Origin: Clostridia bacterium
GTDB lineage: Bacteria > Bacillota > Clostridia > TANB77 > CAG-508
Length of the DNA stretch: 59,801 bases
Assembly (NCBI GenBank): GCA_017397545.1
Contig: JAFQIK010000017.1
Coordinates: forward strand, 1-59,801
Direction: 5' to 3'
The first letter of the stretch is position 1. Every line of letters begins with the position of its first letter. A program made the translations under genes and the position numbers. Under the pieces are notes generated by a model. The model saw nothing but the letters and a program-made list of their open reading frames with translations, had not been told where the DNA came from and did not search any database. Shown here piece by piece: positions 9,192 through 20,800 of the stretch.

Positions 9192-11267
9192 ATGTCAAAT
9201 CAAACACTATTAATAATAATGGGAATAAGTGGTGGATTATTTATATTTACAGTAATAGCCTACTTAATAATGAGAAAAATATTAAATAAATCAGACATAA
9301 AACATATAAAACAATTAAAAGAAGGAACAAAAGAAAATAAATACACCTCAGATGTTATTTACCAAAAAATATATATATATTTAATAAGAGTGCCTTTTTT
9401 AAAAAGGTATGTAAATAAAATAAGAAGAAAAATAGAAATAATTAATATAGATGACGAATATTTAACAAGAAAACAAACAGCAAAAATAATAACAAAAGCT
9501 ATTGCAATAATTTTGCCACTTACAATAGCAATAATACTTCTTGCACACCAAAATTCATTATTATTATATATATTATTACTTTTTGAAGTATTCTTAATAG
9601 AAACATTAATGAGTGGAATGGTGGATAAATTAGATACAAAACTATTAAAACAACAAATAGAATTTTTTGCAGAAATAAGACATGCATACCATGAATACAA
9701 CATGGTAGAAGAAGCAATATACGAAGTTTCACAAAGAGATCAATTAGAAGTATCAAGACAAGGAGAAAAAATATACGAAATATTAATATCAGATGATCCA
9801 GAAACCGAATTAGAAAAATACTATGATGTAGCTCCAAATAGCTTTCTAAAAGAATTTGCAGGTATATCATATTTAACAAGAGAATTTGGAGATAGAACAG
9901 ACGAAAATGGAGCATCATTATATCTAAAAAACTTAAATAATATTACAGAAGAAATGCAATTAGAAATATTGAAAAGAGAAAAGTTAGACTACGTATTTCA
10001 AAGTTTATCAGTAATTGCAATTGTACCAGTACTAGCATTACAACCACTTAGAAATTGGGCTGTATCTAATTTCTCTTTTACATCAGAATTTTATGATGGA
10101 AAACTTGGATTTATTGCCCAAATATTAATAATAATATTAACATTTGTATGTTACATTTTAACAAGAAAATTAAAAGATAATGGTTCAATAAAAGGAGAAT
10201 ATGTAGATCCAAACAAAGTTTGGCAAATGAAAGCATATAAAAATCCAATTATTAAAAAAATTGTAGATCTATTTATACCTAAACAAAAAACAAAAGAATA
10301 TAGAAAAGATACAGAACTATTAAAGGATGCAGCATCAAAACAAAAAATGGAAACACTTTATATAAATAGAATAGTATGTTGTATTCTTGTATTTATTGCA
10401 TCATTAGTATTATTTACACAAATACATAATGTAGCAATAACATACATATACGAAAACCCAACAACGCAATTTGATTTGTTAGGCGAACTAAATGAAAAAG
10501 ATTATGAAGAAGCAATGAACCTTACTGCGCAAGACAATTATTTTTTAGATAAGCTTAAAGGACAAAAATTATCCCTAGAGCAAATAAAAATGGAACTAAA
10601 ACATTCACAATATTATAAAGACGCAACAGAAGAGGAATTAAGCCAAGGGGCACAAAGGATAGAAGAAAAACTAAAAGTAGTAAACAAAGAGTACTTAAAA
10701 TGGTTTGAATTATTGCTTGCTTTTGTATTTGCATTGGCAGGATATTTTGCACCAAAATGGATGCTTATGTTTCAAAAGATACTTAGAAAATTAGAAATAG
10801 AAAACGAAGTAATGCAGTTCCAAACAATTATATTAATGCTAATGAAAATTGAAAGAGTAAATGTTGAGATGATATTAGAATGGTTAGAAAGATATTCTAA
10901 CATATTTAGAGAACCAATTTCAAAATGCGTAAATAACTATGAATCAGGAGCATGGGAAGCATTAGAAGAATTAAAAAGTGAAATAAATTTTGAACAAATG
11001 ATTCGTATAGTAGAAGGGCTTCAATCAGCAGTGGAAAAAATACCAATTAGAGAAGCTTTTGACGAATTAGATAATGAAAGAGAATACTATCAAGCAAAAA
11101 GAAAAGAATCAAACGAAAGATTAATAAAAAGAAAAGGTATGATAGGTAAAGCAATAGGATTTGCACCATTAATATGTCTTTTCGTAGGATACTTAATAAT
11201 ACCACTTGTTGCAATAGGATTATTTAGTATGATGAGTTCTATGTCAACAATGTCAACAATGGCATAA
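9192..11267 (+). CDS. TadB/TadC-like fused membrane platform protein
   Basis: Two sets of TM segments, each followed by a T2SSF-like soluble region. Directly follows the ATPase. Confidence 0.65.
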   Translation: MSNQTLLIIMGISGGLFIFTVIAYLIMRKILNKSDIKHIKQLKEGTKENKYTSDVIYQKIYIYLIRVPFLKRYVNKIRRKIEIINIDDEYLTRKQTAKIITKAIAIILPLTIAIILLAHQNSLLLYILLLFEVFLIETLMSGMVDKLDTKLLKQQIEFFAEIRHAYHEYNMVEEAIYEVSQRDQLEVSRQGEKIYEILISDDPETELEKYYDVAPNSFLKEFAGISYLTREFGDRTDENGASLYLKNLNNITEEMQLEILKREKLDYVFQSLSVIAIVPVLALQPLRNWAVSNFSFTSEFYDGKLGFIAQILIIILTFVCYILTRKLKDNGSIKGEYVDPNKVWQMKAYKNPIIKKIVDLFIPKQKTKEYRKDTELLKDAASKQKMETLYINRIVCCILVFIASLVLFTQIHNVAITYIYENPTTQFDLLGELNEKDYEEAMNLTAQDNYFLDKLKGQKLSLEQIKMELKHSQYYKDATEEELSQGAQRIEEKLKVVNKEYLKWFELLLAFVFALAGYFAPKWMLMFQKILRKLEIENEVMQFQTIILMLMKIERVNVEMILEWLERYSNIFREPISKCVNNYESGAWEALEELKSEINFEQMIRIVEGLQSAVEKIPIREAFDELDNEREYYQAKRKESNERLIKRKGMIGKAIGFAPLICLFVGYLIIPLVAIGLFSMMSSMSTMSTMA

Positions 11268-11292
11268 TTATAAAAGCAAAGGAGAAAAATCT

Positions 11293-11943
11293 ATGGAGAA
11301 TGCAGCAAAAGCGTTGGTAATAGCAGGAGGAATACTACTTGCAATAATGACATTATCATTATTAGTATATATGACAGGTGTTACTTCTAGAATGGCTCAG
11401 GCTCAAGATGAAAAAAAAGAAGCAGAACAATTAGTTGCATTCAACATGGAATATGAAGCATATAACAAAAGAAGAATGTATGGAGTAGATGTTATGACTG
11501 TAGTAAATAAGGCAATAAATTATAATGCTACACTTACTCCAACAGAAGCAAACAAAGCAATAAATGTAGAAATAGATTTGTTAGAAGATTTTATAGCAAC
11601 AAAACAGATAGTAACAGAGTATTCAAATGGAGAAGTTTATGAAGAAGATCCTGTAAATATAAATGATTGGAGCCTTAGTGAATCAAGAGGTGGAGAAAGA
11701 GATATAGAAGTGAATTTTAATACTAGTCAGAAAATAGTAGATTTTTTTCAAGACCAAAGTGTAAATGATGAAATTATTGTATTAGAAGAAAATAGTAGAT
11801 ATATAAAAAAACAAATAAATTATAGTGCATTAACAAATTTTAAAAGAGCAATATTTGAATGTACACAATGTGAAGATAGAAACGATGATGGTAGAATTGA
11901 TTATATGAAATTTGAGCAATACAAAAGTTATACTGAATATTAA
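11293..11943 (+). CDS. Pilin-like protein (MENA type)
   Basis: MENAAKALVIAGGILLAIM hydrophobic N-terminus; FN..Y...G.DV pattern shared with neighbours. Confidence 0.6.
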   Translation: MENAAKALVIAGGILLAIMTLSLLVYMTGVTSRMAQAQDEKKEAEQLVAFNMEYEAYNKRRMYGVDVMTVVNKAINYNATLTPTEANKAINVEIDLLEDFIATKQIVTEYSNGEVYEEDPVNINDWSLSESRGGERDIEVNFNTSQKIVDFFQDQSVNDEIIVLEENSRYIKKQINYSALTNFKRAIFECTQCEDRNDDGRIDYMKFEQYKSYTEY

Positions 11944-11995
11944 AAATATAAAGTATTCAGTATAGAATTAATAATGTGATAAAGGAGAAAAATTT

Positions 11996-12397
11996 ATGGA
12001 AAATGCATCTCAAGCATTACTTATTGCAGGAACTATATTAATTGCATTAATTGTATTAAGCATTGGAGTATATTTAGCTTCAAATTCTAGTAAAGTAGGA
12101 GAAAGCTATGAACAAACACAAGAAATCGCAGAATTAACAAGATTTAATTCTAAATTTATAGTATATGCTGAAAGAGAAGATATAACTGCACAAGAAGTAG
12201 TATCGATTAGCAATTTTGTAAGAAATTATAATAATGAAAATGACCCAGATATCAATTTTTTTCCAGTTATTGCAGATGGAGTTGAATTTATAAAACAAAA
12301 TTCTACAAATCAAGATGGAAGTGTTAAATATTTTGTATGTAGAGAAGAAAATATAAGATATACCAATGGTAAAGTTTCATCAATAACTTTCGAATAA
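11996..12397 (+). CDS. Pilin-like protein (MENA type)
   Basis: MENASQALLIAGTILIALI; FNSKF..Y. Confidence 0.6.
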   Translation: MENASQALLIAGTILIALIVLSIGVYLASNSSKVGESYEQTQEIAELTRFNSKFIVYAEREDITAQEVVSISNFVRNYNNENDPDINFFPVIADGVEFIKQNSTNQDGSVKYFVCREENIRYTNGKVSSITFE

Positions 12398-12412
12398 AAA
12401 ACGAAAAAAATG

Positions 12413-12441
12413 TTGCAAATTGTAATAAAAAATATTATAAT
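12413..12441 (+). promoter_or_regulatory. Sigma-A-like promoter inside the pilus locus
   Basis: TTGCAA-N17-TATAAT. Confidence 0.5.
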
Positions 12442-12466
12442 AAAGAAAGGAGAATGCTTAAAAAAA

Positions 12467-12901
12467 ATGAAGAATACATCGATTTTAATAATATTAGCAA
12501 TAATCTTTATTATAATATGCTTAGTATCAGTAAATATTATAAATTTGCAATCGGAAAGAAGACAAATACAAAAGCAAAATTTAGAATATGAAAAGTATTT
12601 AAATAAAGAAATATTAGGAACAGATGTTGCTACATTAATTAGTAAAGTAGTAGATAGCAACGAAAAAAATGATGTACAAAAAGACCAAAAAGAATATTAC
12701 ATAGATAATAAAGAAAATAGTATAAAAATAGATTTAAAAATGACAACAATAGATAAAACTTATCCAATGGAAGAAATATACAATAACAAAATAAAAAACT
12801 TTGTACAAAATTTTAATTTAATAAAATTTAAATGTACAAGCATAGAATATCATAAAAAAACAGGTAAAATATCAAAATTACTTTTTGAAGAATTACAATA
12901 G
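12467..12901 (+). CDS. Pilin-like membrane-anchored protein
   Basis: N-terminal TM; N.EYEKY..KEILGTDV and FKCTSIEY...GKI resemble the 11293 protein. Confidence 0.55.
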   Translation: MKNTSILIILAIIFIIICLVSVNIINLQSERRQIQKQNLEYEKYLNKEILGTDVATLISKVVDSNEKNDVQKDQKEYYIDNKENSIKIDLKMTTIDKTYPMEEIYNNKIKNFVQNFNLIKFKCTSIEYHKKTGKISKLLFEELQ

Positions 12902-12904
12902 CAC

Positions 12905-12971
12905 TGTAAGGGCGGGGCTTGCTCCGCCCAACCAAAAACAAATGTAGGGGCAGACGACCCTGTCTGCCCGC
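12905..12971 (+). repeat. Two tandem GTAG REP hairpins
   Basis: TGTAAGGGCGGGGC..GCTCCGCCC and TGTAGGGGCAGAC..GTCTGCCCGC. Confidence 0.8.
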
Positions 12972-13052
12972 CAAATTAAGTTTTTAAAGTTTTAGAATAA
13001 AACTAAATATTCTAAAGATAAAATAAATTAAAATTCAAAGGAGGAAAATTTT

Positions 13053-13418
13053 ATGGAGAATGCATCAAAAGCACTAATTATAGCAGGTGCTATATTAATT
13101 TCAATTTTATTAATAAGTGTTGGAATAATCATAATGAATGCTATTAACGATCCAGTACAACAAGGAGCAAGTGTAGCTGAGAGTCAAGCAGTAGAAATAC
13201 ATAATTCTAGATTTACAGGATATGCTGGACAAGATGTAGATTATAATACTGCAAAACAATGTATAGTTGCTTGTAATTCAACTAAAGGAACAGATCATCC
13301 AGTAGAATGTGGAACTACTATTGGTTCGTTAGATCGTAATTCAACTTATGATATAGATTTTGAATTTGACGATGCAACTGGTTTTATAACAGAATGTACA
13401 ATTGAGGTACATAATTAA
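13053..13418 (+). CDS. Pilin-like protein (MENA type), candidate major pilin
   Basis: MENASKALIIAGAILISIL, strong GGAGG RBS, four Cys. Confidence 0.6.
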   Translation: MENASKALIIAGAILISILLISVGIIIMNAINDPVQQGASVAESQAVEIHNSRFTGYAGQDVDYNTAKQCIVACNSTKGTDHPVECGTTIGSLDRNSTYDIDFEFDDATGFITECTIEVHN

Positions 13419-13424
13419 TAGCCT

Positions 13425-13946
13425 ATGGAAAATGCAGCAGACGCATTAAAAATTGCATTTGCATTATTAATTTTTGCAATTGCAATCACAATAGTATTTA
13501 CTATGATTTCCAAAATAAAAACAACAGCAGACACTGTTCTGTATTATGCTGATGATACCAACTATCAACAACACGTAAATTCTAGAGAGGAAAATCGAAC
13601 AGTTAAAAAAGCACATGTTATTTCAACATTATATAGATACTATAAGGAATCTATATCTGTTACTGTAATTGTTAAAGGAACAGAATATGTTTTCGATAAA
13701 GGAAATGAAACAAATATATTTTTACCAGATAAAACAAATATAAATACAGAAAAAGAAATAGAAGCTAATTTAGCAGAATTTATAACTAATCCAAATGGTT
13801 TAGGAAATATAAATGAAGATGCAGACTTCTTAGAAGAATTTATAGAAGTACCAACAAGTGGAATATATTTAACAGGTGATGATGGTTCAGAAATTACATT
13901 ATCAGCAGGAGGCAAAAAAGTGTATGTAATATACACAAAATTATAA
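13425..13946 (+). CDS. Pilin-like protein (MENA type)
   Basis: MENAADALKIAFALLIFAI. Confidence 0.6.
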   Translation: MENAADALKIAFALLIFAIAITIVFTMISKIKTTADTVLYYADDTNYQQHVNSREENRTVKKAHVISTLYRYYKESISVTVIVKGTEYVFDKGNETNIFLPDKTNINTEKEIEANLAEFITNPNGLGNINEDADFLEEFIEVPTSGIYLTGDDGSEITLSAGGKKVYVIYTKL

Positions 13947-14032
13947 AATTAAATATGAGTTATAAAGGGCGGACTAAAAACGTCCTCCCTTAAAACTAAA
14001 AAATAACAATAAAAGTAAAAGGAGGTTATAAG

Positions 14033-14566
14033 ATGAGTGATTCATTAATGATGGTAATAGCGATATTTGTAGCTGTAATATTAATGTTTATATTTCCATT
14101 ATTATCACTATCAGAAAGAAGTGACGATATATCTCAATCAGTAGTTCAAGCAGCTACATCTGAATTTGTAGATAAAGTATCAATATCTGGTCAAATAAAA
14201 GCATCAGATTACGAAGCTTTTGCAGCAGAAATAGGAGCTACAGGTAATACATATGATATAGAAATAGAAGTACAACATTTAGATGAGAATTTAGGTAAAA
14301 AATCAGTTGTAACCTCAGGAAGTTTAATTGGAGAAAATGTGCGTTATTCAACATTCACATCAGAAATAATTGGTTCAATGTATAATAATGCTAATAGAGC
14401 ATATGCGCTAAAAAAAGGTGATAATATAATTGTAACAGTAAAAAATACAAATAAAACAATGGCACAAATGCTTAGAACAACATTTTATAAAGTAACAGGA
14501 GAGAATATAACACAAGTTGCAGCTAGTGCTTCAAGTATGGTTGTAAATACTGGAGCATCAAATTAA
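14033..14566 (+). CDS. Minor pilin/TadE-like protein
   Basis: N-terminal hydrophobic helix then FVDKV...G.I, LKKGD.I.VTVKN. Sits in the pilus locus. Confidence 0.5.
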   Translation: MSDSLMMVIAIFVAVILMFIFPLLSLSERSDDISQSVVQAATSEFVDKVSISGQIKASDYEAFAAEIGATGNTYDIEIEVQHLDENLGKKSVVTSGSLIGENVRYSTFTSEIIGSMYNNANRAYALKKGDNIIVTVKNTNKTMAQMLRTTFYKVTGENITQVAASASSMVVNTGASN

Positions 14567-14809
14567 ATTTATTAAATACTACAGATTAAGAAGTGAGAGG
14601 TGATATGGAATATGTTTAAATTGAATGTACTCCATGCCACGTCTCACTTTATTGCTAAAAAATGGCAAAACGATTCTAGGGACTGCGACAGAATCGTAAA
14701 TTGAATTTGAATACTGACATCATTAGAAAATAACGGGGGACATAGCTCCTCCTACAAAGGAATGCTAAGGGGAAAACTTTGTCCCCATACATTATAGCGA
14801 GGTGAAAAA

Positions 14810-17800
14810 ATGAAGTTACAAAATCTATCAGTAATATTTATAATAATAGTACTACCAATACTACTAATAGTTTCATATTATATATCATTGCAAATAGATA
14901 CAATAAATATGCAAACAGCATATAACACAAAATTATTAGATTCAACTAAAGAAGCAATAGATGCTTTTGAAATTAATACAGTTGAATGGAATGCTAATTA
15001 TTCAGAAACTGCAGATTCAAAACGTAGAGATATAATGGCATCAATTAACACATTTATAACATCATTTGCAAACAATACAGGGGTTGCTGGAACAAGTAAA
15101 GATTATATGTTATCACGTATACCAGCAATAGCAGTTACTCTTTATGATGGTTATTATATTTATGCGCCTTCAGAAAATAGAATAGTAGTTAAAGATGATA
15201 ATGGATTAGCAGTATATATGAGTAAAAAACTTTGTAATACTAAGTATACAAATGATGCAGGAGGTTCAAGAAATGCTATATCTGGATATAGTTATCCAAA
15301 CGATAATTCTGATGATGGAAAAATACTATATGTAGTAGCAGAGGGAAAACCAATTGATGGAGTTTATGAAACAAAAAGTGGAGAAAAAAAACAATTCACA
15401 TTGAACCCAGAAAATGCAGCTACAGAGTATAAGCATATATTAAAACCATTTACAGCATATTCTGAGCAACTTACTAATGATATAGTAATTAATTATACTT
15501 TGGATAATTATATAACATTGTATGGTAAAATGAAAGATACTGATGGAACAGATAACTATATTTCTAAATCAGGATATTTAACAGATATATCTAAAATAAA
15601 TATAAAATTTGATAGCAATAATGGTATTAGAAATATAAAATTTGATGGAGAAAATATTAAGCCAGAAAAATTAGAAGAAAAAATATCATATACAGATGAT
15701 GAAGTTAATTATTATGTTGGAAGTTTTAATTACGTTTATGAAGCTGAAGGGAATACAAAGGTATATTATGATGAAGTAAAAAGAGAGTTTTTTCAATTAG
15801 ATAGTGATTCTAAAAGGATATATATGAGTGAGTTACCAACCGAATTATATAAAAAGTGTACAGTACCAAGATATAAAGGTGGTCAGCAAACATATGTAGA
15901 ATACTATCAAAGTTTAGAAGATACTACTGGTAATTGGTTTTATAAAGATTCCTCAGGTAACTTAATGCCTGCAACAAATTCTAGTACTTACGGATTGACA
16001 AATGATATTTTAGCTGATTATAATGCTATAAATTACTGTGTTGAATCATATCTTTTTACTAAATGGGTAGATGAATTAGCGAAGGCTAACAATATAGAAT
16101 TTCTTAAAATTAGCGGTAGTAATGACCCAGATCCTGCAACAAATGCTAATAAGAATTCCGCATTTGAAAATCATAAAAGAGAAGTAATGCAAAGTGTTAT
16201 AAATTCAAATTTAAATCAAGCAATAACAAGCTATAGTAGAAGAAGTGCAGATGAATTTTATTTACCAGAATTAACAGAAACGGATTGGGATCAAGTATTA
16301 AAAAATGCATCAATAATAACTTTTGTGCAAAATATTCCAATTGGAATGAAATTTTATAATAATTATGCTGTTGTAACAAGTACAGTAAACAAGGAATATG
16401 TAGATCCAAACGAGATTTATTTAAATGCAAGTGGAGATAAGTATTACCATATGCCATATTGTTCTGAACTTGATGAAACAAATTTAACAGGATATAGAAG
16501 TATAGATTATATACAAAAATCATATATAGAAAATACCAAAGCAATTTCGCCAAAAACATTATATTATTATAAACATGATGATAATACTAATATAAATATA
16601 GATGTAGAAGAAGCATGTTATAATTGTTTAGTACAGAAAAATCTATATGATTTAGCTGATATAGATTCTAAAGATAAAAGAGGAGCATATTATACAACAC
16701 TTACAAGGGAAAGATATATAGCTAGAATGTCAACTTTACCAGCAGAAGTACAAGCAGCGGCATATATTTATGTGGAAACAGTAGATGAAAACACAGGAAA
16801 AAACATTGATAATGCTAAATATACAATAAATGGAAGTATAATGAATGGAAATGGTGGCAGATTTACAATTCCAAGGGGAACAACAGGGTTGTATAAAATT
16901 AGACCAATAATAGAAGATGAAAATATTGCTCCAGGTGGAGAAACTGATTTAGGAGAAATTAATTTCCCTAAAAAAACAATTACAGCAGAAAATGTAGTAG
17001 AATATCTTACACAAGAATCAACTTCAACGGCTGATGTTAATGTAATAGAATATGGTAATGAAAACATAAAATATAATATAACTAATTTAAATAATGCTGA
17101 AGGTGGAGGCGCAAATGAACCTAAAGTATATGGGAATCATACAGGAACATTATCTCTAGAAAATGATGCATACATTAATATTAAATTAAAATATAAACAA
17201 AATTATACTAATGTTAATGGAGAAATAACTCAAGTAACTGCAAATATAGATAACTATAACACTTTAACAATAGGAACAACTGTTCAAGGAATTTCTGGAA
17301 AGATAAGATTAAAATTTACTAATGGAGAAAAAATTTTCTATTCAGAAGATATATTTGAATGGAATAAAGAGGATTTAAGTCCAAAAACAATTTATTGTAA
17401 AATAGAAGATAATACTTGTGAATGGTATTTAGATGAATGGAAAGTAGAAGTATTATCTGTTGACAATAACACCATAACATCAGCAAGAAAAATAGATTAT
17501 TATACAATAAATGATGGAGAAGGATTACGAGAATTTGCTGATGCAGTAAATGGAACAAAAGGTTTAACAAAAGGAGCTAAAACATCAGGAAGAACATTTA
17601 AATTAATTGCGGATATAACAGAGGTTGGTAATACATTTCCAATAGCAGGGAAAGAAAAAGATAGTAATAAAGATGGTAAGAATGATAGCTTTGAAGGTAT
17701 TTTTGATGGGCAAGGATATAAAATAAGTGAACTAACAATAGATATTGATAATAATTATAATGCTTTAGGATTATTTGGATGGGTAGGAGCATCTGCAGAG

Positions 17801-20800
17801 ATAAAAAATTTAAGTATTAACAATATTACTGTTAAATATAAAGGTTCGAATAATAATATAAAATTAGGAGGACTTGCTGGATATTGTGATGCTAATGCTG
17901 ATAGTATTGGTATAAACAATATACATATAGATGGAGGAACTATAACTGGAGGCAAATATACAGGAGGAATAGTTGGAGAAAATAAAAGAACAATTGATAA
18001 TTGTACTGTAAGTAATATGAGTAGAATAGAAGGAAATGGAGATACAGGAGGAATAGCAGGTTCTACAACTAATTCAATATCTAATTGTAATGTAAACAAT
18101 ATAAGCAAAATAAGTGGGACAGAAAGTGTAGGAGGAATATCAGGATATGCTGAAAATACAATATCTAATTGTAATGTAAATTACAGAGAAGATATTACAA
18201 GTAATATAAGTGAAATTACTAGTGGGGACAATGCAGGAGGAATAGTTGGAAACACATCTAAATCAATTACCAATTGTAAAGCAAGGTATATAAGCAAAAT
18301 AAGCGGAACAGGAAGTGTAGGAGGAATAGCAGGATATACAACATCTACAATTTCTAGTTGTAGTACAAGCTTTAATACAATAGGTAATGCAAATTTTTCT
18401 AAAGATAAGCTATACCATTTATTTATAGGAGGAATAGCAGGATATACAACAGGGGAAATAAAAGAAAACTGTTCAGTAAACGCAACTAATATTGGAACAG
18501 GAAATGTAACAATGAAAAAGAGCAGCGATGAAGTTACAATTGTTAAAATAACTATTGGAGGAATAAATAAATATTGTGTAGGAGGTATTGTTGGATATAC
18601 AAATTCTAATATAACAAGAACAACGCTTAATGATAATGTACAGATAAAAGGTGGAAAAATATCGGTTGATTCTTCTGTGGATTCTAAAGCTTTTGATTGC
18701 ACAGGAGGAAGAGTCGGATATAAGCAATCTTCACAACAGGCAGATTCTTCTTGGACAATAAATTGTTATGTTTCAGGATATGACAATGTAGGAGGTATAA
18801 TTGGATATAATAAAAATGGGAATATTACAGGCATAACTAGAAGTGGTAATGTAAATGGAGCAGGAGCAAATGTAGGAGGAATAGTTGGTTGTAATGAAGG
18901 AGGAACAATATCTAATTGTACCAATAAAGGAAATGTCACAGGAACTGGAGGAATAGAAATCTCGAAAATTATATTTAGAGGAGATGCAAAAGGAAACGTA
19001 GGAGGAATAGTAGGACTTAACTATAATAAAGATATAATAAAGTGTAGAAATATGAACCCAATAACAGGAAAATGTAACGTAGGAGGGATAGTAGGACTTA
19101 ACTATGGAGGAATCATAGAATTATGCGAGAACAGTCAAACTATTAGGGGAACAGAAAATAGAAATAATGTTTTTGCATATGAAACTTCTTCAGAGTATTG
19201 TACAGGTACTGGAGGAATAGCAGGAAAAATTTATAGTGCTAGAGTTACAAAATCAAAGAATACAGGAAATGTTGAATGCAATTATAATGGTGGAGGAATA
19301 GCAGGATTAGATCATGGTAGTGTAGTTCAATATTCTTATAATTCAGGTAAAATTTCTAGTTCAGATCGTAATAGAATAGGAGGAATTTGCGGAGCAGGAA
19401 ATACAGTATCTATAAGTGCTTGTTATAATATAGGAAATATAGAGGGAGTTAGAGATGAAGTCGTTTTGCATAGTGGAATTGGTGGAATTATTGGTTCTTG
19501 TGTAGATGATGCATATTTCTTATATATGGGTGAACAAGAAATTATACCTGCCAATAAATATATTAGCGAGAGCATTAATATAGATGTTGTAAAACTAGGT
19601 GAAACTGAAAATAATTTTATATTATGTTACAATGTAGGAAGTCTTTCAGGAAATGCAAGTCTTATAAAGAAAACAAATGGGATTGTAGGATGTGTTCTTT
19701 GGGCACCAGGAGGTGGAAAACCAACTTTTATAAATAACTTATATAAAGATAATACAGATAAGGGAGCTCAAGATTCATGGTCAGATGAAATTAGAGAAGG
19801 GCTTACTAGAAAAAATGGAAATGATCTAAAAAAAGAATTATACAATTGGGCAACTAAAGCATCTAGTAGTGGAGGACAACTAGTGCCAGGAACAACAAAT
19901 ACATATATATATAACACAACTGCACCAGTTGAAACCACTTTAGGATATGAAGGGTATGGTATACTATGGTGGCAACTACAAGGTTATGGAAGAACAACTT
20001 TCCACATTTATGATAATGTAGGAGTACCACTTTACCCACCAACATTATATATAAATAGTGCAAGTAAATATTTAGAAAATGATGAATATTATTGTAATAA
20101 AAGAAACATTACCACATATGGATATATATTAATGCTAAAAGAAGGTGGTAGCTATACTGCAAAAGCTAGTCAATCTAATTATGTAGAAGAAACAAACAGG
20201 ACAATATCAGTTGTAGTAGGACAAGAAAATGATGTATATTTAGGAAAACGACCAGAATTTATTTTAGGAATAAATAGCGAAGACAATAATGGAAGTACGA
20301 TTAAACAAAATTTAACAATTCCAAATGGCAATTATTATATTATAGCTTCTGGCGGAGGCGGATCTGGACCTGCATATCCAGCAGCATATATAGATTGGGA
20401 TAAAAATGGAGGAGGAAGTAGTGGTGGATTTATAGGAAGAGTAAAACTAGAAGCTACAGACGGAACCAAGTATTATTGTGAAGTTGGAGGACCAGGGTCT
20501 GTATATTGGGATAATGCAGTTAACAAAGGTCATGATGGAGGAAATACTATTTTAAAGCGAGGTAACACAGAAATATTAAAAGTTACAGGAGGAAAAGCAG
20601 GAGGAAGTAATTACGCTGGAAAAGGAGGAACAGTAACTACTAATTCGTTAACAATTTTAAGAGAGTATTTGAAATCTAATGGATATGATGGTACAACAGA
20701 TAAAGCATCATCTTTGGGTGCAGAATCAATTATGAATGATACTAGTAAAAATAGATTAGCAGTTGGTATAGGAAAAGATAGAGGAAGTGGTGGAACTAAT

